DNA from: an uncultured Methanoregulaceae archaeon
GTDB taxonomy: Archaea; Halobacteriota; Methanomicrobia; Methanomicrobiales; Methanospirillaceae
Length of the DNA stretch: 64,000 nucleotides
Reading direction: 5' to 3'
Assembly: GCA_963705255.1 (NCBI GenBank)
Contig: OY970061.1
Coordinates: forward strand, 1,536,001-1,600,000
Under the pieces are notes generated by a model. It made no database searches. It was not told the DNA's origin and saw only the letters and a list, made by a program, of their open reading frames with translations. This document shows, piece after piece, positions 1 to 9,918 of this stretch (positions are counted from its first letter, which is position 1; each line of letters starts with the position of its first letter). A program made the translations under genes and the position numbers.

Positions 1-419
1 AGGTTATCGTCGCTTCTGACAAGATCTTTTACTTCCAGACCAACGGAATACCCCTTGTTCTGGAGCACTTCATCGGTGACAAATGGCTGGGAGAGTGCAT
101 TGAGCGAGGTAAGGGCGACCGAGCGCCGGCTCAGGCGGGTGTCAGAAATATTTGCAGATGCCACATCAAAGAGGGGCGAGCCGATGCAGGACTTCAAGTA
201 CTCCAGGTCCTGCAGGGTCTGGTCGGTGCCATAGTGGGGATTATTGTTCTGGAAGCTCATCGCAACCCCGCAACACCCGCAGCTTCCGATCACCGCATTC
301 CAGCCCGGGTTAAGCCCGAAGTTCTTCACCGTAACCTCGGGCAGGCCAAGCCGGTGGTATTCGCTTGCAAGTTTCTCATACCCTTTTTCAAGAATTGTGT
401 GTGAGTGGTCCGGTCTCAT
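1..419 (-). CDS. DUF364-type Rossmann-like (putative metal-chelation) protein, 3' end outside the window
   Basis: Manual translation from ATG at 419: MRPDHSHTILEKGYEK...GSCGCCGVAMSF...RSVALTSLNALSQPF..., open to the window edge; the xLNALSQ motif is typical of DUF364 proteins. Confidence 0.6.
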   Translation of the reverse strand, partial: MRPDHSHTILEKGYEKLASEYHRLGLPEVTVKNFGLNPGWNAVIGSCGCCGVAMSFQNNNPHYGTDQTLQDLEYLKSCIGSPLFDVASANISDTRLSRRSVALTSLNALSQPFVTDEVLQNKGYSVGLEVKDLVRSDDN

Positions 420-492
420 CGTGTCTTCCTGAAGTGTACAATTTTGATATGTCCCGTCTTTTGTTTTTCAGCAATGATCTTGACAATGTCTC

Positions 493-1098
493 TTATTCCC
501 GTTCCGTGTAGTATGACCCGCCGGCACAATTGCCGCACAGGACCGTTCCGTCGCGGGTGACCTCTTTGTTATCGACAATCATCTCGTTGCACCTGCTGCA
601 ACGTGCATGGTATTTCGGCATACCCGGCATGTCTCCATCGGGTATGGTGAGACTCACATGCCGGATGCGAAACAGATCGGATTCCGGCGTTTCGAGCAGT
701 ATTTTTGCCGCGTCTTTCATAGCCTCATTTCCCGTCTTCTCCGTCCGCTTCTTCTCAAGCACGTTGACCCGTACCGCGGTACCGGTCTTAAGGTCCACGT
801 AAGTAGCCGCGAACTTTCCGTACGGCCGGTACTTCAGCGTGCGGTGGCCGAGCGAACAGCTGGTGATTGCCTGGATCGCGTCGGCAATGCAGCGGTCGAT
901 CTCCACATAGACAATGAGATTGCGGTTCTTCTTCAGAGGATTCATGCCCAGTTCCCGCATGCCGATCATGGTCATCCGGGTACCCAGAACAATACCGGCA
1001 CAGATCTCATCGTGGAACTCCTTTGCCTTCTGGAGAAGGAGATCGAGATCGGTCGCCGGCCGTTCTGAGTCCCGTTTCGCGTCTTGGTTTTCAGTCAT
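493..1098 (-). CDS. FmdE/FwdE-family protein with C-terminal zinc finger
   Basis: FHDEICAGIVLG, EIDRCIADAIQAITSCSLG, YGKFAAT; C-terminal CSRC...CGNC. Confidence 0.88.
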   Translation of the reverse strand: MTENQDAKRDSERPATDLDLLLQKAKEFHDEICAGIVLGTRMTMIGMRELGMNPLKKNRNLIVYVEIDRCIADAIQAITSCSLGHRTLKYRPYGKFAATYVDLKTGTAVRVNVLEKKRTEKTGNEAMKDAAKILLETPESDLFRIRHVSLTIPDGDMPGMPKYHARCSRCNEMIVDNKEVTRDGTVLCGNCAGGSYYTERE

Positions 1099-1264
1099 CA
1101 GTAGTACTTGTCCCTCAGAATTAATAATTTAATTTACTTTCTGGAAATGTTAAATGAAAATACTTATTTGACCGTACTTTGATAGATATACTGTACCAGA
1201 ATCCACCGGATACGTCGAGAGAGCACCCGGCGGCACACCAGAACTGGAATTATGAGGATCATAC

Positions 1265-2191
1265 ATGACAGAAGAGAAAAGCCAGTGCGATTGGAAAACG
1301 AAACTCGCCGGATATTTCACCCGGCAGGATCTGTTGATCATCGTTGCCCTTGCAGTGATTGCCTTCCTGACCAGCAGCTTCGGGCTCAGCCATGTCCTTC
1401 CCGGGGGAAGTGCACCGGGACTGGTCCATGCGTTCCTGAAACTTCCCGGACCGGGTGCGGGGATCTTTATTGCCAGCGCATTTACCTGCCTGTGGTTCGT
1501 GCTCGGGATACTTATTACCAAAAAACCCGGCACGGTCATCCTCATGGCGCTTCTTATTATCGTGTTCAGTCTTGTGTTTTCCCTGGCCATGAGTGGTTTT
1601 GGGGGACATGGTGGACATGCCACAACCGGTAACAGGGGATATGCCACAACCGGTAATTTGTCAACACCAGGTGGAGCAGCCGAGGGAGCACCGACCGGAG
1701 GAGGACAGCCGATCCGGTTCGATTATCTGGCACTTGTTGTTGCTATCATCATCGAATGCGCAGGTCTGCTTGCACTGGAGAAAAAGCCCTGGAAATACCT
1801 CTTCCCGACCCTCCTCACCATCATGGGCATCATTACGCTTGCTCTCTGGCTGACCGGTAATGCAAAGATGGGAGAGAACGGGGCTGCGGCAACCGTCTTC
1901 CCGCTCGGGTACGTGGTTTCTGGCATCCTGGCAATCGCAATCGGTATCCTCCTCTATTCGTATCCTTCAGCGAAATATATCATCGGGGCCGGATGCGCGG
2001 AGGTATTTTATATCGTATTCTGCTGGGCATTCAACGGTAAGAGCGGGTTCTTTTCTTGGGCTCCGGTGGCCCTGGCGATACCGGCACTTATAACGTTTGC
2101 ATTTGTATGCGGTGCGATCATGGCAGCAATCGCCTACGGGTTTTACCTGCTCTGGACCAGCTACGTACAGCATGGAAGCGCCAGTACATAG
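1265..2191 (+). CDS. Multi-pass membrane protein, ECF transporter S-component-like (paralog 1)
   Basis: 308 aa, about 8-9 hydrophobic helices, LPGPGAG and ITKKPGT motifs, Gly-rich loop. Confidence 0.6.
   Translation: MTEEKSQCDWKTKLAGYFTRQDLLIIVALAVIAFLTSSFGLSHVLPGGSAPGLVHAFLKLPGPGAGIFIASAFTCLWFVLGILITKKPGTVILMALLIIVFSLVFSLAMSGFGGHGGHATTGNRGYATTGNLSTPGGAAEGAPTGGGQPIRFDYLALVVAIIIECAGLLALEKKPWKYLFPTLLTIMGIITLALWLTGNAKMGENGAAATVFPLGYVVSGILAIAIGILLYSYPSAKYIIGAGCAEVFYIVFCWAFNGKSGFFSWAPVALAIPALITFAFVCGAIMAAIAYGFYLLWTSYVQHGSAST
1617..1656 (+). repeat. In-frame direct repeat with 24-bp period (ATGCCACAACCGGTAA x2)
   Basis: Copies at 1617-1632 and 1641-1656 encode HATTGN and YATTGN. Confidence 0.85.
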
Positions 2192-2255
2192 ACCCGTGAT
2201 CTTGGTAAATCCGGATGGGCCGGGACATACCCGGCATCATTTTTAAGGCATATCA

Positions 2256-3059
2256 ATGAAACCAGCGGCAGAACCGGCAGACACTATCTATTTCACCCTA
2301 CAGGAACTGGGAGTTATCATTGTACTCTCGGTACTTGCAGCCCTGAGCGGTGCCCTCGTTCCCTCGTGGCTCTTTCCCGATAATACGATCTCGGATTTCG
2401 TATACAGTACGCTTGGCCTCCCCGGCCCGGGTGCCGGGGAGCTGGTGTTCGGGAGCATCCTGTGCTTCTGGCTGCTCCTGGGATTGCTTCTCGTGAAAAA
2501 ACCCGGTACGGCTTTCGCCATGGCTATAGTCCTGATAGCGATCGATCTCATGGCAGGCAGTCAGGCCCTCGTTATCCAGACCCTGGATGTCCTGTTGTTT
2601 GTAGCGCTCATTATCGAAGCGATCAGCATGGTCCCGGTTGAACGCAGACCATGGAGCTACCTGCTTCCCGCTTGTCTTCTTGTTTTCGGGATAACAACGC
2701 TTGCCATCGCAATCCTCGGATTTGTAACAACCGGCGAAATGGATACCGCAGTTACAGGGAACTCCTGGTCATATTACTTCTCCGGTTCTCTCGGATTGGT
2801 CTGTGCGTTCATCTGCTGCCGGTATCAGGTACGGTATCTGCTCGCTGTCGGGCTTGCCAGTATGTACTATATGCTGCATTTCTGGCTCTTCTGGGGAAGC
2901 GGCTTCGCTGCACGGTTCCCCTCCGATCCAGTGATGATACCCATCCTTTTTCTTGTGGCGTTACTCGGAGGTGTTGTTTCTGCAGCTGCAGCATATGGCA
3001 TCAGCCGTGTTCTCCGGTACCATGGAAATACTGACTGGCCAAACTCTCCCGATCAATGA
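2256..3059 (+). CDS. Multi-pass membrane protein, ECF transporter S-component-like (paralog 2)
   Basis: 267 aa; colinear with the upstream gene (LPGPGAG, KKPGT, IIE..E(K/R)(K/R)PW.YL.P, GE, AAxAYG). Confidence 0.6.
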   Translation: MKPAAEPADTIYFTLQELGVIIVLSVLAALSGALVPSWLFPDNTISDFVYSTLGLPGPGAGELVFGSILCFWLLLGLLLVKKPGTAFAMAIVLIAIDLMAGSQALVIQTLDVLLFVALIIEAISMVPVERRPWSYLLPACLLVFGITTLAIAILGFVTTGEMDTAVTGNSWSYYFSGSLGLVCAFICCRYQVRYLLAVGLASMYYMLHFWLFWGSGFAARFPSDPVMIPILFLVALLGGVVSAAAAYGISRVLRYHGNTDWPNSPDQ

Positions 3060-3120
3060 GAAATGTTTATCAGGATCAATATGTTAAATACATGTAATCA
3101 ACTATAGGAGGTGAAATCAC

Positions 3121-3312
3121 ATGTGTGCACCAATAGTTCTCCCTGAGGCAGCGATTGGCCTTGCAGCGGCCCATATCCTGGGTGTCGGACTGATTGTGGG
3201 GATCGTTGTTTTCAATTCCAACGGAGTGAGAAAGGGCATGAGTTCCCTCCTTGGGATTGGTGAGGGTATCGGTTCGGCATTCGACCGTGCCATATCCGTG
3301 ATGTCCCGGTAA
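3121..3312 (+). CDS. 63-aa hydrophobic peptide (candidate radical SAM substrate or small membrane protein)
   Basis: Strong SD GGAGGTGA about 6 nt upstream of ATG; stop is 8 nt before the radical SAM start. Confidence 0.7.
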   Translation: MCAPIVLPEAAIGLAAAHILGVGLIVGIVVFNSNGVRKGMSSLLGIGEGIGSAFDRAISVMSR

Positions 3313-3320
3313 GGAACAGA

Positions 3321-4148
3321 ATGTCTGTACTGAAGTATGCGATACCTCCGATCCTGCAGTTGGAACCAACGACTACCTGCAATCTTGACTGTTCGTTCTG
3401 CCTGCGCGGTTCGCTGAACCGGTCGGAGGACTATATCTCTTTTGATGAATTCCGGCAGATCATCGATAAATCCAGAAGCCGGTACCTGACCCTGCACGGG
3501 TGGGGTGAGCCGCTCCTTCACCCGGATCTTCCTGCGATGATCAGGTATGCAGCAGGAAAAAAGATCTCGGTCAATTTTACCACGAATGCAACATTGCTTC
3601 CTGGAAGAACAGATGGCCTTCTGAACTCAGGCCTTGATGCGATTGCATTCAGTTTTCCCGAAGTACAAAAATTCGTTCCTATAATAACCAAGAATGTTGC
3701 CGGGTTTGTGCAGGAACGATCCGCGATGAAACAAAAATTACCGAAAACATATATCAACATCGCGTTAATGGAAGAGAACCTTGATTGTATCGATAAGGGG
3801 CTCGAACTGGCCAGCACAACCGGGGTTGATACGGTGAACTTCGAACGTTCATTTCCCTGGACTGAAATTCAGGCAGAAACTGAGAAAAGCCTGTTCGCCC
3901 GCATCAGAAGTACAGCTAAAAAAACCGGGTGCTCCGTTACCCTGCCCCCACTCCATACGAACCCATGCCCGCTGTTCCAGCTGACCATGTTTGTCAGGTG
4001 GAACGGTGATGTTGCTCCCTGTTGTTACCGCGCCGATCTCCCCCTCGGGAACATGCTGAGGGATAACCTCTCAACAGTAATGCATAACCGGGTTGCCTTT
4101 CTTAAAAAAATGAAAACAGATACGGTATGCCGTGAATGCAGGGTTTAA
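3321..4148 (+). CDS. Radical SAM protein with C-terminal SPASM/Twitch-type Fe-S domain
   Basis: CNLDCSFC (CxxxCxxC), GWGEPLLHP, TTNATLL; C-terminal CPLF...NGDVAPCC...LGN...CRECRV. Confidence 0.9.
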   Translation: MSVLKYAIPPILQLEPTTTCNLDCSFCLRGSLNRSEDYISFDEFRQIIDKSRSRYLTLHGWGEPLLHPDLPAMIRYAAGKKISVNFTTNATLLPGRTDGLLNSGLDAIAFSFPEVQKFVPIITKNVAGFVQERSAMKQKLPKTYINIALMEENLDCIDKGLELASTTGVDTVNFERSFPWTEIQAETEKSLFARIRSTAKKTGCSVTLPPLHTNPCPLFQLTMFVRWNGDVAPCCYRADLPLGNMLRDNLSTVMHNRVAFLKKMKTDTVCRECRV

Positions 4149-4454
4149 GAGTGAAGATAATTTCTCAGGAATTTCTGTCCGTGAAGATCGTAATAACCAA
4201 GTACCAGCCTTGATCCGGCAGACCCGTTTCCGGGATTATTTCTTCGTTTTCTTCAGGATAAGGGAATTATCCCCTTGGTCCTCACGTATTCGTTCTTCCT
4301 GCAATCCTTGTTCCCGACAAAAATGTAACAGCTGGTGTTGCAGGATTCTTTAACTTCTTTAAAATAGTAATAATTTTCGTTGAATTTAAAATCTCTCCAC
4401 AAAATGTGCCTCTTTGGCAAAAAATTAATAAAATGAAAGTTCCCGGTATCCGGT

Positions 4455-4832
4455 ATGTTTGCGGGAAGACCCGGACAAAATGTCCCGTACGGATACCCGG
4501 TACATCGTCCAATAGAGTATGAAACTTTACGCCGGATCGTGGAACTCCTGCTCATCCTCGGAACGTTATTCCTGCTCGACATCATAACGACCCAGATCAC
4601 TCTCCGGATGGGTGGCGTCGAACTGAATCCCTTTATGGCGGGAATCGTGGCAAACCCGGTTCTGCATATGGGCATCAAGGCAGCAATCCTTCTCGTTATC
4701 TTTCCGGTCTCTCTCATAGCAGAACGGCGTGTAAGAGGATCCGGCGCCGTATTTTATTGCGTTCTTATCCTGCTCTATATCCTCGTGGTTGCCAACAACC
4801 TGTCCTTCATATTGCCACGAATTGCAATGTAA
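4455..4832 (+). CDS. DUF5658-like small membrane protein
   Basis: LDIITT...GGVELNPFM motif, 3 TM helices; start uncertain. Confidence 0.65.
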   Translation: MFAGRPGQNVPYGYPVHRPIEYETLRRIVELLLILGTLFLLDIITTQITLRMGGVELNPFMAGIVANPVLHMGIKAAILLVIFPVSLIAERRVRGSGAVFYCVLILLYILVVANNLSFILPRIAM

Positions 4833-5006
4833 TACTCCTGAAAAGGTCCGGGATCAATCCAATACATCCGGTGATTAAGAAAAACTGATGCCTGGGGGTA
4901 TACCCTCACTATCAGGACTTTTCTGAACTACCAATGCCCATGGATAGGACTCACGTAACAGACTCGCAGGGGCTGCGTCGACGCGTTACTTACCAAGAAT
5001 AACTGT

Positions 5007-5922
5007 TCAGTACGCCCCAACAGTAATCTCTGTGGTTTTTCGGACCAGGGTCACTTCGGGATAGGGAGATGGTTCGAATGCCAACTGGATCTCCTGCGGT
5101 CCGGGATCCGGCTGGGTCCGCTGCACATTCCCGCAGATGGCAAGTGTGTCTTCCACGCTCGTGCTTACGGAATTCCATAAAGCTGTGTTGAACCTCCCGG
5201 TCGGAGCGGTGATGGTGAGAGTCAGGCTGGTTGCATCGGGAAGACTGTCTGTGCTTACATTGCTTTCCAGAACAAGCATACCGTTCCCGTTTCCGCTTAT
5301 CCGGGAATGCAGGCTGTCCGGAGTGATATTGATCATATGGACTATAATCGAGGAGCAGTTGCCGGGACTGGAATACGAGGGGACAGGTTCTAGGTTCACA
5401 AGGGACCCGGCCAACCCGTACGTGACATCATCAAAGGTGGGGTACTCAAGAGGTGTTGAAAGGTTGCGTTCAGTATTCAGGACATATATGTTCCCGTACG
5501 CCCAGCCGTATCCCTGGTCCTGCCAGAAATTGTTCACCGGCTTGTAGGTGAATTTGACCAGGCTTACATTCTGGCCCGGGATATCGGGTTCTGCAGCATT
5601 CGCCCAGTCCATCTGAATATACCCCTGAGGAGGTGAATTCCAGATTTTTAACTCCCCACCGGACTTTACCGCATCGAAGGTAAAGTCCCCTCCTCCCAGC
5701 GGTATCGGTTCTGACAGACTTCATGTTCCCTTTTAGGGAAGCGGCGGTCTCGATATCCGATGAAAACCGCAGGAACCCGGTCTCGACGTCTTTGAGGTGG
5801 GTAATCTCGGACTGCGCCTTCATGGAGGGGACGTAATAGGCATTCCATGCAGCAAAAAACGTTACTCCTATGGCAAGGATGAGCATCGCAGCAACGACCG
5901 GGGCCACGCCATCTTCGCTCAC
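5007..5922 (-). CDS. Large archaeal type IV pilin-like protein (one frameshift near 5718)
   Basis: Class III signal-like EDG/VAPVVAAMLIL; removing one base at AGACT (5716-5720) joins the 5922 ORF in frame to the 5007..5612 ORF. Confidence 0.75.
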
Positions 5923-6335
5923 AGGCTGACCTTCCCGGTATAGATCACCGTCTTAGGGGTGACCAGTTTGACGGTCTCATTTCCTTCGAGTTGTGTATGC
6001 ATCTGTACCGTGATATTGCTCCCCAGATCGAATACGGGTTTATCCGGGACAAGGATAAGGTCCCCGTTCTGGTAGGAAAATGATGTACGGTTGGTGTCGT
6101 TCCCGACGATCACGGTCAGGTCCTCTTCCTTGACCCAGTCTCCACCCTTGTCCCAAAGGGTGATGTTCTGCTGGTCATTGGTCATCATGATGTTAATACT
6201 TGGATCACGGGAGGTAGGGAGGAAATTGTAGAGTGTTGCAGAAAACACCGAGATTAATACGATGACAAGGGCGATCATGAGCATCTCCCCGACCACTTCC
6301 GAGACGCCGGAATCAGTATTTTTTTTGTAATTCAT
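5919..6335 (-). CDS. Archaeal type IV pilin (DUF1628-type)
   Basis: DSG/VSEVVGEMLMIALVIV prepilin motif; KGGD motif; 4-nt overlap with next gene. Confidence 0.85.
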   Translation of the reverse strand: MNYKKNTDSGVSEVVGEMLMIALVIVLISVFSATLYNFLPTSRDPSINIMMTNDQQNITLWDKGGDWVKEEDLTVIVGNDTNRTSFSYQNGDLILVPDKPVFDLGSNITVQMHTQLEGNETVKLVTPKTVIYTGKVSL

Positions 6336-6764
6336 TTCTTTACTCCATCGGATTCAGAAGGATTTTTCGTGCAACGGTAGTCCCGGCAGTTTTGTCAGGA
6401 AGTGTGGTATGAACAGAAACGACCATCGGGAATAGCCGGTTTATGAAACCTCCATGATAATACCATGATCGCAGGAAAACTTTTCCAGATAGTTGTTATT
6501 TTTCCCATCGCCGTTTGCCCGCTTGTTGTTTATTTAGTTTCAAATTCCGGTATTTTACATTTTTTCGCTTATTCAGACTTCACATATTAAAAAAATTTTT
6601 TGTATTTTTGGTAAGTTAAAATGTTAAATTTATAAGGAATGTTAATCATACTTATTGAATAAATTTTCCTTTTAAAAGAATTGTCCAAAACTATCGAATG
6701 CTATTAAAATAAAAAAAGTATTATGAGCGGAACATATCCGCTCGTACAACGAGGAGGTGTCTGG
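6336..6764. promoter_or_regulatory. AT-rich divergent promoter region between pilin pairs
   Basis: Very AT-rich 6480-6720, TATA-like TTTATAA near 6629; divergent gene starts. Confidence 0.5.
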
Positions 6765-7397
6765 ATGGGAAAGACAGAGGAGGGCGTTTCCCCCGTAGTT
6801 GGTGTTATGCTCATGCTCTCGGTGACGATCATTATTGCTGCCATCGTCAGTGCAGCGGCCGGCAGCTTTTCCGGCACCAAGGAAAAAGCTCCCTCTGCAA
6901 TCCTTGAAGTCCATTTCTACGAAAACCGGTCGTATGGCAGTTTTTCTGCACCGGCGATGACGATCGAGCATATCAGCGGGAACCCCCTGCAGACCAAGGA
7001 CTTGAGCATCACCACGTATTTCAGGAACGAGTCTGGCCAGCTGATCAAAGGCTACCTGCTCGGGGAGAAGGCTGTTCAGGTTGATTCTGGCGAGTATAGC
7101 GGGGTCCTGTTCATCAATGACATGGATCGGTTCGGTTCCCCACTCCAGAGTTCGGATACCAGGTATGAAAGCTGGTTCGGCAATGCATCGGCGGTCTTAA
7201 TGGCCGGGGATGTCCTGGTGACTCCTGCCCAGTACTATAGTTCACCACCCTATGACAATCTCGGCCTGAATTATATCCTCGGTTTTGATACTACAGATCC
7301 GGGCAGTGGCTACCAGGCAGGTGCTGTTATTAACGTCAAGATTGTCCATGTCCCGAGTGGCCAGGTCATCTTTGACCAAGATGTGGTGGTTGTGTGA
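6765..7397 (+). CDS. Archaeal type IV pilin
   Basis: SD GGAGGTG at 6753-6759; EEG/VSPVVGVMLMLSVTIIIAAIVS. Confidence 0.87.
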   Translation: MGKTEEGVSPVVGVMLMLSVTIIIAAIVSAAAGSFSGTKEKAPSAILEVHFYENRSYGSFSAPAMTIEHISGNPLQTKDLSITTYFRNESGQLIKGYLLGEKAVQVDSGEYSGVLFINDMDRFGSPLQSSDTRYESWFGNASAVLMAGDVLVTPAQYYSSPPYDNLGLNYILGFDTTDPGSGYQAGAVINVKIVHVPSGQVIFDQDVVVV

Positions 7398-7912
7398 GGA
7401 CGGGCAGGAACCCTGCGGATGCAGTCTCGCCGGTTGTCGGTGTGATGCTGATGCTTGCGGTTACCGTCATGATCGCAGCAATCGTAAGCACGTACGCCGG
7501 GGGGTTTTCCGGGGGCGCTGAAAAGAGCCCCCAGAGTTCGATCCGTGCAACTCTGGTGCTGGCCCAGAACAACAACAACCCCGGCATCTATTTTGAACAC
7601 GAAGGCGGTGACCCGTTTATGCTCAGCTCCATCAATGTGGTTTTACGTTCCGGTGATAACGAAACCTCGCTGTCTGCCAACGATGCCGGGAGCAGTAAGG
7701 TCCAGAGTTTTACCGAGGTAGGTAACAGCAGGGGGAGTTTCGATACCACCATCAAAGCCGGGGATACGTTCTTTATAGGGGGCTGGGATTATGGCAGCGG
7801 TACGGGGATGCAGTTCGGGAGCATGGTTCTTACGAATAATACTCCGATCACCTGGCTTGTTGTGGACAAGGAGACGGGCAAGACCATCTCAACAGGCGAA
7901 TTTTATTTTTGA
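7394..7912 (+). CDS. Archaeal type IV pilin
   Basis: ADA/VSPVVGVMLMLAVTVMIAAIVS; EHEGGD; GTGA overlap with upstream pilin. Confidence 0.87.
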   Translation: MRTGRNPADAVSPVVGVMLMLAVTVMIAAIVSTYAGGFSGGAEKSPQSSIRATLVLAQNNNNPGIYFEHEGGDPFMLSSINVVLRSGDNETSLSANDAGSSKVQSFTEVGNSRGSFDTTIKAGDTFFIGGWDYGSGTGMQFGSMVLTNNTPITWLVVDKETGKTISTGEFYF

Positions 7913-8065
7913 AAAAAGTGAGGATAACTGGAGCGGTACCCGGTAGTCCAGTACCCATTACGCACTCACCTGCATTCTCCGTAGATAACGGTGTCATTTG
8001 GTTGTGGAGAGCCCCTGTTGAAACGCTCCGGGCCCTGTCCCGGAGCCAGACGCCATTCCCCGGTA

Positions 8066-9916
8066 TCACATCACAACCACAAACATGGCGATGGTGGCCG
8101 CAAGGAGCACGATGCTGTGCTTCAAGCCGGCAAGGATGCTGTTCGAGCTGAACTGCCCGGCCATGATGCCGGAGAACGTAGCGAGGATGATCCCGATGTT
8201 GAACATCTCGGTAAGGTTGTCGGCCGTGTCGACGGTCACATTCATCCCTTTGAACGCCGCAAGGAACGGCACATTCAGCTGGTATGCCGTATACAGGTAG
8301 ATGCCAAACGAGAGGTAGATGATCATCACATAAATGATCGTCGTGTTTGACCGCTCCCGCTTCAGTTTGAGATAGTACTCGAAATCGGTGATTGCGATGA
8401 TGAAGATCTGCTTGAGGTTCGTAGTGATCTCGCTGGCCCTGACGAGCAGCGAGATCGCACGTTTCACGGAGACCAGCCCGATCCGTTCTTCCATTTTCAC
8501 CAGCGCGGAATTGACATAGGCGCCCGACTCGATATCCCGGGACGCAACCGAGAGCTCTGAACTCAGTACGCCCAGTTTCGCACCGGCAATCCGGTGGATT
8601 GCCTCGTGGAGGGTGATCCCGATGTCTTTCATATCCGAGAGTTCCCGAAGGAAATCCGGCAGGTGTGATTCGATGTTCTTCACGTACCAGCGCCGCCCCT
8701 CGTAGGAGATGGCGACCGGTGCCATGAATGCGATGATCATCAGGCAGATGGCGGCTTCCGGCACATCATTCGGGATCAGGGTATCAAATCCCCCGGTGAG
8801 CCAGACTGCGGCAACGATCCCGGCACAGATACCCCGAGACCGATACCGTAATAATAACTCCGGATATAGGTCTTGATCGGGTGACGCAGCAGGCCAAGAT
8901 AATAATTCCGTTGCTTGTTCGCTTTGATCCGCTTATAGAACTCACGGTTCTCCGGATCTGCTTCCGAAAGTGCCTTCTCATCGGATCCCGGAACACTGGA
9001 TCCGAAATCATATTCTATGGTCTCTTTCCGGGAGATCTCCATGTTTTCCGGGGGGAGCATCAGGGAGAGGATCCAGATGAGGACGATCGCACCGGCCGGG
9101 ATACAGATGTACATCATCGGCAGGATCCATGCCATTCCCGTGGAATTGGTCATACCCTGGGCAACGATCATGATGATGAGGGCAATGGGCCCGGCCACAA
9201 ACGCCGTCACGTAAACCTCGGCCATGATCTCGATGGTCTTTAAGACCATTTCGAGTTCCTGTTTTGCCTGGTCCCGGTAGTATTCGGTCTTTGCACCGAG
9301 GTATGTGGTGACATTCCCGCCGCTGTCGAAGACGATCGCCAGGTCATTGAGGAAGTCGCGGAGATTGGTGGAAGGGGTAGTGCGCTGCAGGTTCTTCATG
9401 GCCGCATCAAGGTCGTCACCAAAGAGTTCGACGTCCCTGACGATCATGCCGAACTCCTTTGAGATCTCGCCGAACATGTCATGCTCTTCGTACACTTTGC
9501 GGATGATCTCGAACGGCGGCATGGAGGTGGAGAGGGCCTGCATGTAGGAGATGGCATAGGGCATGTCAAGGTCAATCCGGTTCTTCCGACCCTGTGCAAC
9601 GATCTGCGGGTAATACAGACTGCATCACGTACTGCCCGGGTACGATCAGCATGAATAAAAGGATCCAGAGAAGGGTGCCGGAGGTCTGGAGACCGAAGAT
9701 ATCCAGTTCGAACCCGCTGATCAGAAAAAACGCCCAGAGGGTGAAGAACATCACGAGCGTGCCGGCGAGGTTGATCTGGACTGTCCTGAGGTACTCCTCT
9801 GCGGTGATGGGCATATGGGCTGACCGGAGCACCGGGCGGAGGCTGCTGCCATGGATCATCAGCTCAAAATCGGTCAGCTTCTTCTCAGCTCTTCTGATGA
9901 ATGGCGGCAGGAACAC
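8066..9916 (-). CDS. Type II secretion F / TadC / ArlJ-like pilus platform protein (frameshifts near 9619 and 8829)
   Basis: Three consecutive fragments (114, 262, 232 aa) with two T2SSF repeats: DMPYAISYMQALS...FGEISKEF and LPDFLRELSD. Confidence 0.85.
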
Positions 9917-9918
9917 GT

